A DNA stretch of 64,000 bases from Epiperipatus broadwayi (Eukaryota > Animalia > Onychophora): assembly GCA_028023455.1 (NCBI GenBank), contig JAQFVV010000007.1:18042001-18106000 (forward strand). Direction: 5' to 3'. Each line of letters opens with the position of its first letter. The first letter of the stretch is position 1. The position numbers and the translations under genes are program-made. Below, piece after piece: positions 1-14,327 of the stretch. The notes under the pieces were generated by a model that made no database searches, was not told the origin of the DNA, and was given only the letters and a program-made list of their open reading frames with translations.

Positions 1-54
1 TACACAAAGTAGCATCATTAATCCTTTTACTTAATGGAAAATATTAACTAAATG

Positions 55-2310
55 CAGACTATTCATGTTGATATCCCAACGATTCTTATTCTAATGAAGA
101 TGTAGAGGATTTTTGTTTTGATGTACAGAATGCTTTTTGATCAAACTAAACATTTTAAAATTGCAATGACAGATTTTAATGCCAATAGCAGTGGAAAACG
201 ATTGAAAGATGAACAGGCTGGAAGTAGAGATGAAAGTGAAAAAGGATGTAAACTTGGGTGATTTGTGATAAAATATCACAGGTTGACATTAAAGCATCCA
301 TATGAAAGTATAACAGAGTTAGATTATATTTTGACTAATAAAAATTATGTACTTCAAGACCGTAATGTTCTTAATAGATTCAACATAGAAAAGGCTGAAC
401 GATAAGATATTTTGTTAATACAAACTAGAGAGAGAGAAAAACTTATAAGAATAGACATTATTAACATTTGATATTCCTAATTTTCAGAAATACTTTAGCA
501 AATTTAAGTTAGAACTCGTAAATTGTTTTAAAATATTAATTAACTTTATTGTTGGTTTCCTATTACAAACTGCTATTAAGTAAATGATATAAAACGCAGC
601 AATTTGCTAGTAAATTTTCAATTGAGACGAAGTAATCTATGAGTAGCAAAATATTTAAAAATTATCTATTTAGAAAATTGAATCTCTGGAATTTTACAAA
701 ATGTCAAAAAAAGAAAAAAGAAAAAAAAAGAGTTAATGATATATAAAGTATGACTTTATTTCTTTGTCTTTTAAATCGTGTTCTTATACGGTTTTTAAAG
801 AAAATAATTATAATTTGTTTGGGAATAAGAAATTGGCATGGAAGAAGGATGTTATTTTAAATAATTTAGTGAATAATACAAAAGAAACAATTGATAAGAA
901 AACTATTCCTGGAATAGATTGTGATTTTGCAATTAACGCATCTGAATTTCAGTAAATATTATGAGTTATCCGAATATAAAAATGAATGTAAAAGTCAATA
1001 TAAATATTAAAAGAACTAAAGTAATGTATAGTGGCTTTTTTTTTATTAAAAAAATGAGAAATAAAAATATATAATGGCTTTTTTTTTTTTAAAAAAAAAA
1101 GAAAGATTATAACAAGTAATTAGAAATTATCTGCAAATATTTTAATCATATTATTAATGCTGATGGAAATAATTGATGAAATTAATCATGGAATTAAAAT
1201 TGGAGTGATTTTGTTTAAAATATATTTAAGAGAAAACGTACATATAAATTTGAAAACCAAAGTTTTTAATAAATATGTTTTACTAGTTCTTACGTATGAA
1301 TATATACTTGATTATTTTGTATAAGAACAATACAAATACTTTAGACCAACGGTCGGCAACCTTACCACTAACATAATTTCTAGAGGTACGAATTAATACG
1401 AGCATTGAGTATGATATACATATATATTTATTTATATGTTTTATAATTTGTAAAAGAATTATGTTTTATTTTGTTTTTTGTTAATATAATGTTCATTTTA
1501 TTTCATAAAAATATAAATACGTCTTTGTTACGTTTTATAAGTGTAATTTTCTAATTCGTATCTACAAAAAATATTTAAGATCAATGACGAATAGTATTAT
1601 ATTCTTTAATAATTTTTATATATGTGTTTTCTTTCAAAATTCATAAAATCTTTGAGTTTTAATTCATCCAATTGCCAAGGGTGCGCCGTAGTCAAATTTG
1701 ATGCCTAGTTATTTTGTTACCTTTTCTATGGCGCTGACCGAGTAGGGATTAATCGAATGCCTTTGAAATAGATGTTTTGCAAGTCACAGTAGTATTTTGT
1801 AACAAATCAATCAGCAATATAATGTTCTTGTTCTATTTACATATAATAATACAGCTTAATCAAAATTTATTTTTTATTTAAAAATTTTTTAAAATGAGCT
1901 TAGCGAATTTAAATATCTGAATTTCTTTGCGGACCATTAACATTACGTCACGGACCACCTGTTGCAGACCATTGCTTTAGACCATATACATGGATATGGA
2001 TAAATGAATGTTGATAATAATAAAGAGGATTAAAGGCAAAATACATGGGTGTGAAAACAAAACAGCTATCAACCATATCATTGAATGAATTAGGGAGTTG
2101 ATTTAAAGCTGGAATAAAAGTTTTAAAAGAGATGATAACCAATATGCAATTCAAATTCTTACATTGGATTTTGATTGTAAAAGAACTATAAAATGACCAC
2201 ATGAGAAATGGATAGATGAAATAGGAAAACTTATTATAGTGATGTGGTGAAGAGAGGCTGTAGATGAAACATAATGTATTAAACTTGAAGAGATTAAACT
2301 ACAGTGGAAC
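55..2310 (+). mobile_element. Decayed RTE/RTE-X LINE in fragments (APE endonuclease, RT pieces, 3' end), interrupted by a hAT MITE
   Basis: Broken translations match RTE ORF motifs in the right order: SYSNEDVEDFCFDVQNA..KIAMTDFNA and DYILTNK..VLQDRNVLNRFN (APE, 55-400), IPGID (~905), LKTKVFNKYVLLVLTYE (~1250-1300), then C-terminal-like sequence after 1983. Many stops and frameshifts. Confidence 0.75.
1347..1974. mobile_element. Non-autonomous hAT-type MITE (628 bp)
   Basis: 14-bp terminal inverted repeats CAACGGTCGGCAAC (1347-1360) and GTTGCAGACCATTG (1961-1974), 12/14 matching; perfect 8-bp TSD CTTTAGAC at 1339-1346 and 1975-1982. An 8-bp TSD with CAG/CAA..GGCAAC-type TIRs is typical of hAT elements. 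Confidence 0.9.
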
Positions 2311-2589
2311 AATAATTTTCTGAAACTTTTTCACAGATTTTATTAACAATTTTTTCTTAATTTTTATTGTTTCCAATTTTGTATAATACGTTTGGAATAT
2401 TCTGTTTGGATTTATTCGGAAATAGATTGTTGAACTTGAGAATTAAGAGTTCATGATGAATTTTCACTGAGTAACGCAAAATGAAAAAAACAACCATATT
2501 TTGTTATTTGAACAAAATGGTGCTCAACACATCACTAAAACTTTATAATAAATCTCAAGCTACTAAACATATGATTAATATATAGGGTA

Positions 2590-3005
2590 TATGAGCACAG
2601 ACTTTCACATGACTCACCCCTCTCCACTCTATCTCATAACAGTGATACACTTGAACACATATATATTGAAAATATAAATAATCACCAATATATGTATTTC
2701 ATGCTGAACCGGCAATCATTGGTTTGTCCAGATTATCATCTCCACACATATATGCAACAAGTGCTCAGATATATATTAAGATAGCCAACCTTCATACTTT
2801 AATGGACAGACTTCAATCCATTCCACACTCCAACTCTTCAATCATCCATCCAATTGAAAATCGAATGATAGAATGCTCAAAGGCCACCCTGAGGCTGAGA
2901 TTCTCATCATACCCATGTTGACCTAAAGTCAATCTGATCCCTCATGTACAGGACATAATCCATAAAATACAGATACAAGGGATTGGCAGACATCTCTACA
3001 ATGTA
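2590..3005 (-). mobile_element. HHR-bearing repeat family B, single decayed copy
   Basis: Co-linear similarity to the copies at 30.7-32.7 kb and 56.2 kb; the minus strand reads CCAATGA-TTGC-CGGTTCA-GCAT-GAAA-TACATATA-TTGG around 2685-2725. Confidence 0.75.
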
Positions 3006-3694
3006 ATAACTGAAATACAGACTTATGAATATTTTATTTATTCATTCATTACAGGTTTAAATATAAGATTTTATTAACTAAATTTTTACTAAACTTTTTT
3101 TTTTTCTTAAAAAAAATATTTCATTTAAAATTTGCAGGTATTTCAAATTTTAATTATTGTATAAATATGATTTAAAAAAATTATTTATAAATATTAATGC
3201 ATGAAAGTTGTGAAAAAAATTAGAATTTTATATTTTAGAAATTAGTGGAAGTATTATTAATATATATATATATATATATTAAATTTTTTACATTGAAAGA
3301 GATTTGAGAGACTAGGCAAATGATGTTTTGGGATTGTTATGGAATTTATCAATGGTTAACACAATTTTTTATTTATATATACATAAAGAGTCTCATTATG
3401 TACGGTTTACATAATCTCTTAACATGACCTGAACTTCATTTCAAGCCAGGCTTTAAAATTTTTGGTAGATATTTTCTAACAAATGTTAAAATTATTTTTA
3501 GGTAACATTACATAGCCAACTCATCTAAATATTTGCTCATAGCTAGAGTATAAAATAAAAAAGAAAAATATAAAATTTTGCAAGATGTTTTAGCATATTG
3601 TCATTTTCACTGATGCCATGGAGTGTCATTCAGGAGTTTTTGCCTCCCTTACTTACTATACAGTATATATAAATAATAAATACAATGATAATTA

Positions 3695-3847
3695 ACTATT
3701 ATATACAATCTTTCAATCCACAGAAGTACTTTTGATTAATTCCTTAACTTTACTCAACTGCTGTTAAATTCAATTTAACAGCAGTTGAGGATGGTTAAGG
3801 AATTAATTTAAAGTACTTCTGCAGATTGAGAAACTGTATATAATAGT
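3695..3847. repeat. Foldback (about 75-bp arms, almost no loop) with a degenerate HHR-like core in each arm
   Basis: actattatatac..ctgctgttaaattc|aatttaacagcag..gtatataatagt; the right arm reads TTGAGGA-TGGTTAAGGAATTAATT-TAAA-GTACTTC. Confidence 0.8.
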
Positions 3848-4135
3848 CAATTACCATTATATTTATTATTTTTATTATTACAATAGTTTTTAATTAACAG
3901 ACATTTTATTTGTATTATAAAGTAATTCTCAATGTGAATGGATATTATATACATTGTGCTTTGATAAAGATATGCTGTATTGAAAATCTGGTCAGCAAAG
4001 TAACAAATATTGTTGTATATCAAAAACATTTATTACTGTAAAAGTTGATAATTGTCTATATTCACTTCAAGAATATATTTTATTACATATTATCTACTAT
4101 GGTATATACATATATTATAGTTTGTTTATATATAT

Positions 4136-4908
4136 AATGTTAAACACAATCGTTTTAAAATAGTAAATGGTATTATTGTAAATAATATATACTCCTACTC
4201 AGTATTTGTCAATATTACAAGAAAATGAAGTCAATTTTTTTATTGGTTACCTTTGAATATAAAGAATATAGTCTTGGATATTTAAGGCAGGGGGTGTGGA
4301 CATTAATCAATCCAATTATTTTATTGCTTTTGTATTAATTAAACAAATTGATATTTATTTAACAAAGTAAAGAAATTTCTTTTTTTTAAACATTTTAATA
4401 AACATTAAACAATCTATATGTTTAATTAAGTCATTCATAATGTGAATACATATATATGTATATAACATTAAACACAATCATTTTTAAATAGAATCACCAA
4501 GAGAGTCACTTCATTATCTTATTGCAGTATTGTTGAGATAGAAGTGTATATTATTTACTATAATGGCATTTATTATTCAAAAATGATTATATTTAATATT
4601 ACATATATATTCACATAAATTACTTTATTGCATATATATCGTTCAGTGTTTATTACAAAGTTTAAAAAAAAGGAATTTTTTTACTTTAATCAATCTGTTT
4701 AATCAACATAAAAATAATAAAATAATTGGATTGATTAATATTCACACTTTCTTTCTTAACTATTCAAGACAATCTTCTTTATATATGAAGAGAGCCTATA
4801 AGAAAGTGATTTCATTTTCTTGTTACAATATTGTTGAATACTGAGTGGTGGGTGTGTACTATTTATTACAACAGCATCTACTATTTAAAAATGATTGTAT
4901 TTAACATT
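4136..4908. repeat. Diverged inverted repeat, arms about 4136-4420 and 4631-4908
   Basis: Arms align in reverse complement (e.g. attaatcaatccaattatttt / aaaataattggattgattaat; ctcagtatt / aatactgag); a partial direct repeat of the arm start lies at ~4445-4480. Confidence 0.75.
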
Positions 4909-6039
4909 AAATACCTATAAATTGCATTAAGAGATTTAAAAAAATGGCAGTTATTGGTCCATGATCAAATATTAATTATTTTAAATATGTGCAGAATTTT
5001 TGTTACAAAACATAAGTATATTAAAGGTATATCTTTCAGTTATGGATTAGACAAGATAATTAGGAATTTCTGAAGTGTTAATGTAGCAAATTATGCAAAA
5101 ATATTTAAATCCATCTACTTTTAAAGAAATAGGAAGGATTAATTGGACTATCAGATTTGCTATGTGACATGAGATGACACATTGAAAGATTAGAAAAATA
5201 AAATTTGGATAAATTTATTCCCTTTTTTGATGTTTAAATTCAGTTAAATTTAGATTAAGAATGGTTGTCTCAAATGATTAAAATAAATCATAATTGCAAT
5301 AACTGTTTGAATATATTTTTTAATAAAGTTATTTTAACTACACGTGGCATTACATCAATATGAACTCAGTTTTCAGACTGAAATTTTTTTCAACTAAAAA
5401 TTGAACCATGAAGTTTTATATTTCAATAGGTTTGTTTACTACAGAATAATTTTCTCACCACAATTCTTCATAATAAATTAAAAATAATTAACCTTTTACT
5501 AAAATCATCCATAAATTCATGTTCTTTTATGTAGTGGTGATGATGCTTGAGTTGATATTGTTTAAATTCATTCTCTTGCAACCATCTTTAGCATTTATGA
5601 GTCAGTTTTCCATTTATCTGACTGCAAAAACTGGAACTAAAAAATTCTTAAGGTGAGCAAAACCAAGTAAAAGAAAAGCTATCAATGCTTCTGAATGGTA
5701 GTTTCTACATTCTCAGACCCAAGAGGGCTATTGCATGTCCTCATGCTCTCATTTAGATTTTGACAATTAAAACATATAATTTCTATAGTTTGTTTATATC
5801 TTGATGATTACTTTTGAAAAAAATTAAATATATCTTGATGATTTCTTTTGAAAATATTTAATTTTTTATTAAGAATATTTATTATTCCACTCAAATTTTA
5901 TTTGAAAATACTTATTTTTAAAGAAGGCAAATCATGACATATATAATACGGGTAAAGCAGAATGTTCTGATTAGATAAAAAAGCGATGCTTCATAATCAT
6001 TGAATCGTTTTAATTTTGAAATAATAATCTATAAGTGTT

Positions 6040-6445
6040 AAAAGGTTTGTGCATCAAAATCTCTATCTAGTACCTACTCATCCAAGACTAGTTTCTAACT
6101 TGCAGCCTTTATCAGTGAGGAGCCTTGGATTTGGGAGCACTGCATCTAGATCTTTGGATCTTATTCAACCCTCTAGCAGCCACATTATCTTTTTAGTTAA
6201 CTCTAAAGCTATGAGCTCAAACTGAAAATACAATAATGTTTTCAATCCAAGCTCATTCAGGTTATATAATGACACAGATTTGAAGCATAAGTTAGAAACT
6301 AATTTGAGGATATTGGATGAGTAGGCACTAAATAGGGACTTTGATGGACAAATCTCACATCCATTGATTGCTATAGCTTGCACTGGATAGGATTACTGTA
6401 TGGAGAGAGTTGCTCCTGTTTTTAAGCATAGGAAATGGTAATCAT
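6040..6445. mobile_element. HHR-bearing repeat family C, two head-to-head segments; type I HHR remnant at 6080-6130 (-)
   Basis: The minus strand reads ATCCAAG-GCTCCTCA-CTGATAA-AGGC-TGCAA-GTTA-GAAAC-TA-GTC-TTGGAT; a second decayed core on + at ~6270-6325 (..GTTAGAAACTA..TTGGATGAGTAGGCAC). Related pieces at ~15990-16110, 27235-27390, 35120-35290, 46680-46800 and 61480-61970. Confidence 0.7.
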
Positions 6446-6645
6446 CTGATGTTGCAGTGTTTAATTTTGTCATGATTTATATAATCTGAATACTAAGGTT
6501 AAAGCAAATATATTTTTCACTATTAAATATTTTTAGCATCAAAACAAAATAACAAAAGTCATTGTTCTAATTGCAACATTCAATTTGTTACTTTTTTTTC
6601 TATATTTGTAAAGTTGAAATATTATTTTTAAAAATGATTTTCATT

Positions 6646-6753
6646 GTCTTGCATTGGTGGTCAAGAGGTCAGCGCGACTGCCTTGCACTTGCAGGCAGTT
6701 GCCCGGGTTGCGGGTTTGCGTCCCGGCCGATGCTATGACACTTAAAAAAAAAA
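6646..6753 (+). mobile_element. tRNA-Gly-derived short SINE copy
   Basis: GTCTT leader + GCATTGGTGG..CCCGGCCGATGC + TATGACAC + poly(A); imperfect flanking duplication AAAA(T)GATTTTC. Confidence 0.8.
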
Positions 6754-7304
6754 GATTTTCTTTTGTAAACTTACATTTCTATGAAATAATTTAAGGTTTG
6801 TGGAAATATACTAAAAAACATTAATTTATTAAAAATTAAGTTAGACATTTAATCAAATAACTATTAAGGGCCGTAAAAAGATTAACAGCAGTTTCATATT
6901 GTGTTTGATTCATAATTAACAATTTTTAAAGGGACTTTTTATTCTGTAATGAGCTCTATAACTAATAGTGATAGAATAATGCACGTGATCTTCTAAGTAA
7001 TTTATATTTTGATTATATTATTTTATTTTATAATACATCAGATTATTAAAAAGTTTATGATTTAGATGATAGAAACATTATATTATGAGGATATCAAATG
7101 ATGACAACTTGTACAGATTAAAATCCTGCATTAACCAATGATTATAGAAGCCAATAGGATACTCATCAATCTTTTCAAGTTTTAACAACTAATTGCTCAT
7201 GTAGCAAGCCTGTGATGGTCTTTAAATTTCTCAATTGAATCTTAAAGAATATTTAAATGAAATGTATACAATTTTTGTTTTAATTAAATGATGAAATAAA
7301 GATA

Positions 7305-7525
7305 TATCATCATCATCATTTCCAACCATTATTGATCCACTGCTGGATGAGATCTTTCCAAGTTTAGTCCATCTTTTCTGATCTCTAACCCTGTTATCCA
7401 CATTACCCCAGCACTTCATATGCGGTCACCTTCTATATCTTTTACATTCTCTTTGAATCCAGTTTAAGATTCCAGCTGACCATCTGTTATCATCTCTACT
7501 AGCAATATGTCTTAACTCCACTTCA
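7305..7525 (-). mobile_element. RTE LINE 3' end fragment with (GAT)n tail
   Basis: The minus-strand reading includes KCWGNVDNRVRDQKRW, resembling the RTE C-terminal R..GRP..RW region; atcatcatcat tail near 7308-7320. Confidence 0.55.
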
Positions 7526-7584
7526 CATATTATATAAAAACAAATGTAACATTAAAAGCACAAAACTAAACTAAATCAATAAAT

Positions 7585-8177
7585 AATCAAAATTACCCCT
7601 AATTCACAACTCAACCAGACTATCCAAAAAATAAACTCTAAAACACTACCAATGGTTTCACTACTGTAAGAAGACTTCTCAAGTGCAAAAAACTACAAAA
7701 TAACAACATATTTAAACTAAATATTACCCACAATTCCACTTACTTCCCACACACCCTTAATATTAAACAAACTTTTAAATAAGCTAATTGCTTCAGAATC
7801 ATAAATTTATAATTATTAAGATTCTTTAATTTTTCTTTTTATTTTATTTCTCCCAAAGAAGACAATCTTAGTTTTGTCAAAAAAAAAAAGAAAAAAAGAT
7901 ACAGGTCTTCTTTAAGAGAAATTAAATAAAAAGAATTTAATAATCTTTATTATTAAAACACTATGATTCTGAAGCAATGAACTTATTTAAAAGTTCTTTT
8001 AATATTAAGGATGTATGGGAAGTGGAATTGTGGCAAATGTTTAGTTTAAATATGTTTTTATTTTGTAGTTCTTTACACTTGAGAAGTCTTCTTGTAGCAA
8101 TGAAACCATTGGTAGTGTTTTAGGATGTATTTTCTTGGCTAATCTGGTTGAGCTGTGAATTTGGGGTAATTTTGATT
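7585..8177. repeat. Foldback element, arms 7585-7863 and 7905-8177, with an HHR-like core in each arm
   Basis: Long reverse-complement match; the right arm reads CAC-TTGAGAAG..GAAAC-CATTG-GTA-GTG (possible stem I CAC/GTG, stem III ACC/GGT, GUA triplet). Confidence 0.8.
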
Positions 8178-11039
8178 CAAGACAAATGTATGTAATAGAA
8201 AATTCAAAAGTGTTTTTATTCACTTAATGTTCAGTAATTAGTAATATGATGGTTAAAAAATGAAATATTTCAATCTTTATTTTATCTTTTGCTTGTTTTG
8301 GGTTCATTTTAATGCATAATCCCAATTGTTAAAATAAGATTAAAAAAAAAAAGATATCAGAAGATAAAAAAGCATTGACTTGATTTTAAAATATTAAATT
8401 TCTCAATGTATTTAGTAAACTTTGAAATATTTATTTATACATAATTTTAAAACTGTTAGCAACATTAAACATAAAAAGTTAGAAGAAGAATTTAACAATA
8501 AACATGTTTTCTTTACTTTTTAAACTTTTTTAATAAATAAGCAATTTAAAAAATAAAAAACTAGATTCTTTTGTTACATTGTTTTACTTTAACTGATGCT
8601 ATCAAAAAATTAAAATCTAATAGTTTTAAAATTAAGTTTAATTTTAAATTTAAACTTTATTATATATTATTTGAAAATTTAATAAAAATTTTTTACTGTT
8701 GATAATTTTTTTCAAAATAATTATTATAATTTTAAGTATTGGAATGACAATTACTTGTGAATTTAGATATTTTTAAAATGAAGTTTTTTAAAAAAATATT
8801 ACTAAAAATATGTTTAAATATCAAAACAAGGAATTTAATATTGTTCTAAATTGTTTTAGAGACATTACTAAATCTCTTTTCTTACTGATATATTAACAAT
8901 AAAAATGCTAATGAAAAAAATTGATTAAAAATTTAAATTGTTAGTAAAAATTATTCTACACAAATTAAATGGACTTAACTTTTTTATTTTATGTCATAAA
9001 AAAAAAAAACTAGACAAATATATTTTTTTTCATTTGAATTACAAATAAAATGAATTGTTTTAATTATTCTTTTATTTTTATTAAAAAATAATTAAAAATA
9101 ATCAAGAGTTTGAAATTTACTTGATTAATTTATATGTTATAATGTTTATTAAATTTATTTAACATCTTTATATTTAATTAAATTTTATAATATTTATCAT
9201 ACACTTCTTAACTATGTTAAAAACTGATTTCCATACATTTAAACAGGGGGAAATGCTAAAAATAAATAGAAGTATTTATGGCAAATTAATCTTTTAATTA
9301 GCTCTTTTTATTGCTGTAATAAGTCATTGTTCTCCAATCTGTATTATTTATTAGTAAATATAAACTTATTTTTATTATATATTTATAGTTTTACATTTTT
9401 TTATTAAAAGCATAAGTTTATAATGAAAACTAATGTTAAAAATATATATCAACTTTGCAAATAAAGAAAAAGAGTAATAAACAAAAGTAAATATTTAAAC
9501 AAAAGTCTTCATTTTTAGCCTTCAGGCTAAAAGAATATTTTTTAATAAAAAATAATCCCCAGTAAATTTCTGTCAGCAAAATTAAGCGATGAAATTATTA
9601 TTTTTTAATATTAAAATTCTATTTATAATTACAAAAGCAACAAAAAATAATAATGGCATTTAGGAAATGACATTCTTCTATTTAACAGTAGACATTTCAC
9701 ACTGTTATTAGTAAATGTTCAGCTGATTAATTTTCTACTAAAAACAAATCTTTTAAACAAAAACTTATTAAAACATGTACTTAGTGAGAAACAAATATTT
9801 AAATGATTTATTCTGAGCCTGATTCCAGTCTCAGTATGATGCAGTGCCATAAATATTAAGATTTTGTCTGATGACAAATTGTGGTAATTAGCAATAAGGT
9901 GCATGAACATCATTAGGGAGTTTGATATTTTTTGCCATTTATATGTATTTATTTAATATCAGATGGGTCTTATGCCATGGTGATTAGTAAATCTTGTAAT
10001 TTCTATACTCTAAAGCTTAAACTTGAGTTTATGTACAAAATTGGCTTTGAGTGGTTTTTTAAATAGGTGCTTTTAGACAACCTCATTAGCTAGCCAATAT
10101 AATCAGCAAATGGTTATCTATATATTATTTGCTAGAAAATAGTTTCAAATAAATATAGGCTGCTCAAATAAGTGTGGATATATTGACTGAAAATAAAAAA
10201 CGCAATTATAATATGATGTAATATTCACGGTTGGATGGGATAAATATACTTTCAATGGGTCTGGGAGTTCCTTTTTACTTTTTTACTTCAAATTTAAAGC
10301 TACATCATAAAAATTATATTTTCTTACATCATTAAAATATATAAATTTATTTTAATATATGCAATGAATTAACAAGATGTATTTTTACTTTATCTTTATT
10401 TTTTGCTTTTTGTGAAATAATCATTTGTTTTCATGTGCATTGTTAGGTACTTAAATAAGCATTGTTTTATGTTTTTAAAATTCTTTATATATATATATTT
10501 TCATTCTTTTAAAATTTTATTCCCTTTTTTTTTAATTTTTAAGTTATGATTTATCATTTCCCCACGCCAAACAGATGTTTACAGACACTGGGGAACATGT
10601 AAATCATTTGTAAGATTCAATTTGGTTAAACTAACCTTTTTATCTAATTCTGGCCTCCTCACATTTGCAAATGTTTTTTGTTTGACTCTTGACATGTTTT
10701 TAAAACAAGTTTAAAAATTATAACTTTATTAAATTAAATGGATGTATTTAATTCAGAAGTTAATCAATTGCAAAACCTTAAAGAATTAACCATTACAAAA
10801 TAAAATGTACAAATATGCTTATTATGGTTATTTGCATACTACTATATCTAGTACAGAGCTAACTAGCCTGAAAGCTTGCAAAAATAATAAATTAAAGCCA
10901 GATAACCCATAATATATCTTGGCAATGGTGTCTGTAGACAGAATGAATTTCAGTGAAATACATGCATATCTTCTTTATTGATCTTATCACAAACCATAAG
11001 TGAAAGTCACATCAAGATTCAACAGTTCATTGCTTCTAA

Positions 11040-11400
11040 GTTTATAATCATTGTTGGATGGAATTTTTCAAAGTCTTATGATAGACCTGTCTTGTTTGAT
11101 CTATAAATGAAACTCAGGGTCCATGTATCAGATCCCAGATCTGCCATTTCCAATGCTAAACCTTCTTATAAATTTTTCAGCAACAAACTATTTGATTATT
11201 TGCTGTGCATGGTTTGGTGCAATGGTTTAGTGATTCTGGACTCATTGTCTATGGATCACAGCCCAGCTCTGATTCTCAAGCTTCATATTAACACCTCAGC
11301 AATAAGTCATTCAATTGTTTTCCTGCATACTTTGGTGATGTAGGGAAATGGCAGATTCTAGAGCTCAATGTCAATAGATCATTGTTTCATTTCTGTCACT
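11040..11400 (+). repeat. Decayed tandem of tRNA(Gln)-like ~88-bp units
   Basis: GCATGGTTTGGTGCAATGGTTTAGTGATTCTGGACTC and neighbouring units resemble the array at 48.2-48.6 kb. Confidence 0.5.
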
Positions 11401-12423
11401 TCCTGTGCTCAAAGGTCTTACAAAATCCTAACAATAAACCATTCTATTATTTTTTGTGTGTATGCAGAATAGTTGTCTTCATGTGCAGTTAGTACAATGG
11501 TAAATGGAAAACTCTAGAGTTCAATGTTCTGGATCTTGTTTCCAGCTCTATTTTTTTTAATGCTAAATATTTTATAAACTCCCGAATATCAAACCATTCC
11601 AATATTTATTGCCATATGGAGTGCAATATCTTAATATGTGGATTTTAGTATTTTGCAGTATATCACTGACATTTCCCCAGTGTTTGTAGCTGTATATTTT
11701 AAATATTGGAATGATACATTGTAGCTTAAATATATACAATCTGTACACAGGTGAAGGGCATTGAAACATTTTATTAAGAAAAGCTAAAATCATGCATTTG
11801 GATAATGATAAACATTGTATATATGCCTTTAATAAAAATTAAAATCGATATTTAAGATATAAAAAATGACAATAATTTTTGACCTGTTAAAAATGATCTA
11901 TTATCATTTGCATATTTATGAAAAGATTGTAATTGTCAAAGAAATGCAAAGCTTGTAAAATAGTCGACTTAATATTATTTATCCCTTTTATTTGTTAGTT
12001 GTGTACTCATACATTAATTAATTAACAAATAAATATATTAATAACGATATATTTTTATATGTTTTATCTTTTGCTTTTGTCTGTCTGTCTCTGAAATCTT
12101 ATAAATCAATTTTCGTTTATTTCTCATTTTTTGATGTAATTGAAACTTGGGATACATATGTTTTCCTGATTTTTTTAGCGTTTGAAAATAATTTGGGATA
12201 AAAAGTTAATAAAATATATAAATTTTTAATTTTATATGCAATTCAGTACTTTTTACATTACTGCTATCTAATAATATTAAATTATAACTAAATTTTCTTC
12301 TTTTTTAATTTCTGAAACTATGTAAAATTAAAATGTAGAAAGTATAAAAATATTTTTAAAAACCAGTTTTATTTCCATAAATACATTAAAAAAATAAAAA
12401 ATAAATTTTCTTCACTTTTCACA

Positions 12424-12526
12424 GTCTTGCATTGGTGGTCAAGAGGTCAGCGCGACTGCCTTAAAAGCAGTTGTCCGGGTTGTGGGTTCACGTCCAGCCA
12501 ATGCTATGACACCTGAGAAAAAAAAA
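12424..12526 (+). mobile_element. tRNA-Gly-derived short SINE copy
   Basis: GTCTT + GCATTGGTGGTCAAGAGG..CCAATGC + TATGACACCTGAG + poly(A); no TSD recognised. Confidence 0.8.
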
Positions 12527-14327
12527 GCATTGTTGGATTACATGTATAAACTGTACCAATGCCACTCTTTTTGTAGTGTACCTCAAACTTTTATTTGCAA
12601 AAGCTGAAGGATTTATTTTTTACTTTTTAGTGTGTTTATAAAATAATATTTTCTCTAAAAGAAAATGTTATTCTTGTAATTTCTTTTTCTTTAAAATAAA
12701 TGGATCTTGATTTTGTCCTTATTTAAAATACAACATATTTTTTTATTATATATTATACTTGATCATACAGCATTCTGTCAAATTAATGACATGTGACAAA
12801 CAATGTATTATTCTATAATTTTAAACATTTAATATAGATTAAGAAATCACCTATAGTAATTTTTAATATTAATAAATCACATTCACAAAAAAAATAGTAC
12901 TATATTAAAGCTTAACGTTAAAGTAGAGGTAATAAAAGGAATGAAACATGATTGAGAAACAGTAGAGTAAAATATGGAATTCTAGAACCATATATAATAT
13001 TAAATATTCAAATAATTTTGTAGAGTTTGTTTAAAACTATAATAATGATTTAAGTTCTCAACTTAAAGATAGATGGAGTCACTATCCTAGATCATGTGTT
13101 AACACATGATCACCAGTGATAGGTCATTTGTCACTTTTCATGCTTTTAATTTTCTCGCATTTCAATGTTTATCCATCTACCCCAAGTAAGAATTTGAATT
13201 AATAATTAATTTTCATTTTAATGTTAAAACTTGGTTTACAAATGAAAAGAATTCTAAAAAATCATATTTGAACCTTCCAAATATAAATATATATGTGTGA
13301 AATGTAATGGGAACAATGATTTTACTTCTATTGGTTCTTTGTCATAATGCTATCATAAAAAGAAAATTAGTAAAATCTTTGTCAAATAAATTTAAATTAT
13401 TAAATCTGAACAAATTAAGTCACCACAAAAATTCACAACTATTGCTGTAAACAGAATGTCATAACCATAATAATCGCTGTTTCTGGTTCAACATCATTAG
13501 TTCAAGTTTCTTAACTTGTATTTTTAAAAATGAAACAAAGTTTTAAAAAATTTAAGTGTAAACAATAAAATATTTCTTTTTTAATAATTATAATGAAAAT
13601 ATTTTGTAAAAATAATTACAAAAATTAAAAACACTATGACATATGCACTTTTTTTTATTGTCACAAAGAATAGAAGATTCTTAACATTTGTATTCAAAAA
13701 ATCAAACAATCAGTGATTCCTAATTTTGTCAACTCTTTTCATCTTATTTTCTGAAGATTGCTTTGCTGATTGCTATATGGCCTGACATCTTCAGATTGTT
13801 TTGTGGCTATTAAATCAATAAATGCATTAATTCAAATTTTTAGTGCATAATGGCTATAAGTAGTAGTAAAGAAGACCTAAAAAATAAGATTTAAACCCAT
13901 AGCACACTACTGCCATCACAATAAGAACCTGATTGGAGCATTAAAAGAATTGATATAATTTTTATAGCATCTTGATTTTAGAGTGAAATCATAAACTTTA
14001 AGGAATTTTAAAGCAAATTGTATATCAACAATAGACAATAAATATTCTTTTTCTATTCAAGCATTTTTTACAAAAAAAAGTGTAAACTTAGAATATTCTT
14101 TCTAACTATTTAATTTGAACTACTCAAGAATAAATAGAAAATAAAACTTTAATGAATTTAAAAGGAGGAATTATTTTCAAAAATTACAAGAGCTTATTAT
14201 GGCCTGAGTAGTTTGGTTCAATGGAAGAGTATCAGACTCTGGATCTAATGTTCTTAGATCAAGTTGTGGCACTTCTGGCCCTCAAATTTCTTATGAACTC
14301 CTAACTAGTAATACCATTTTATTATTT

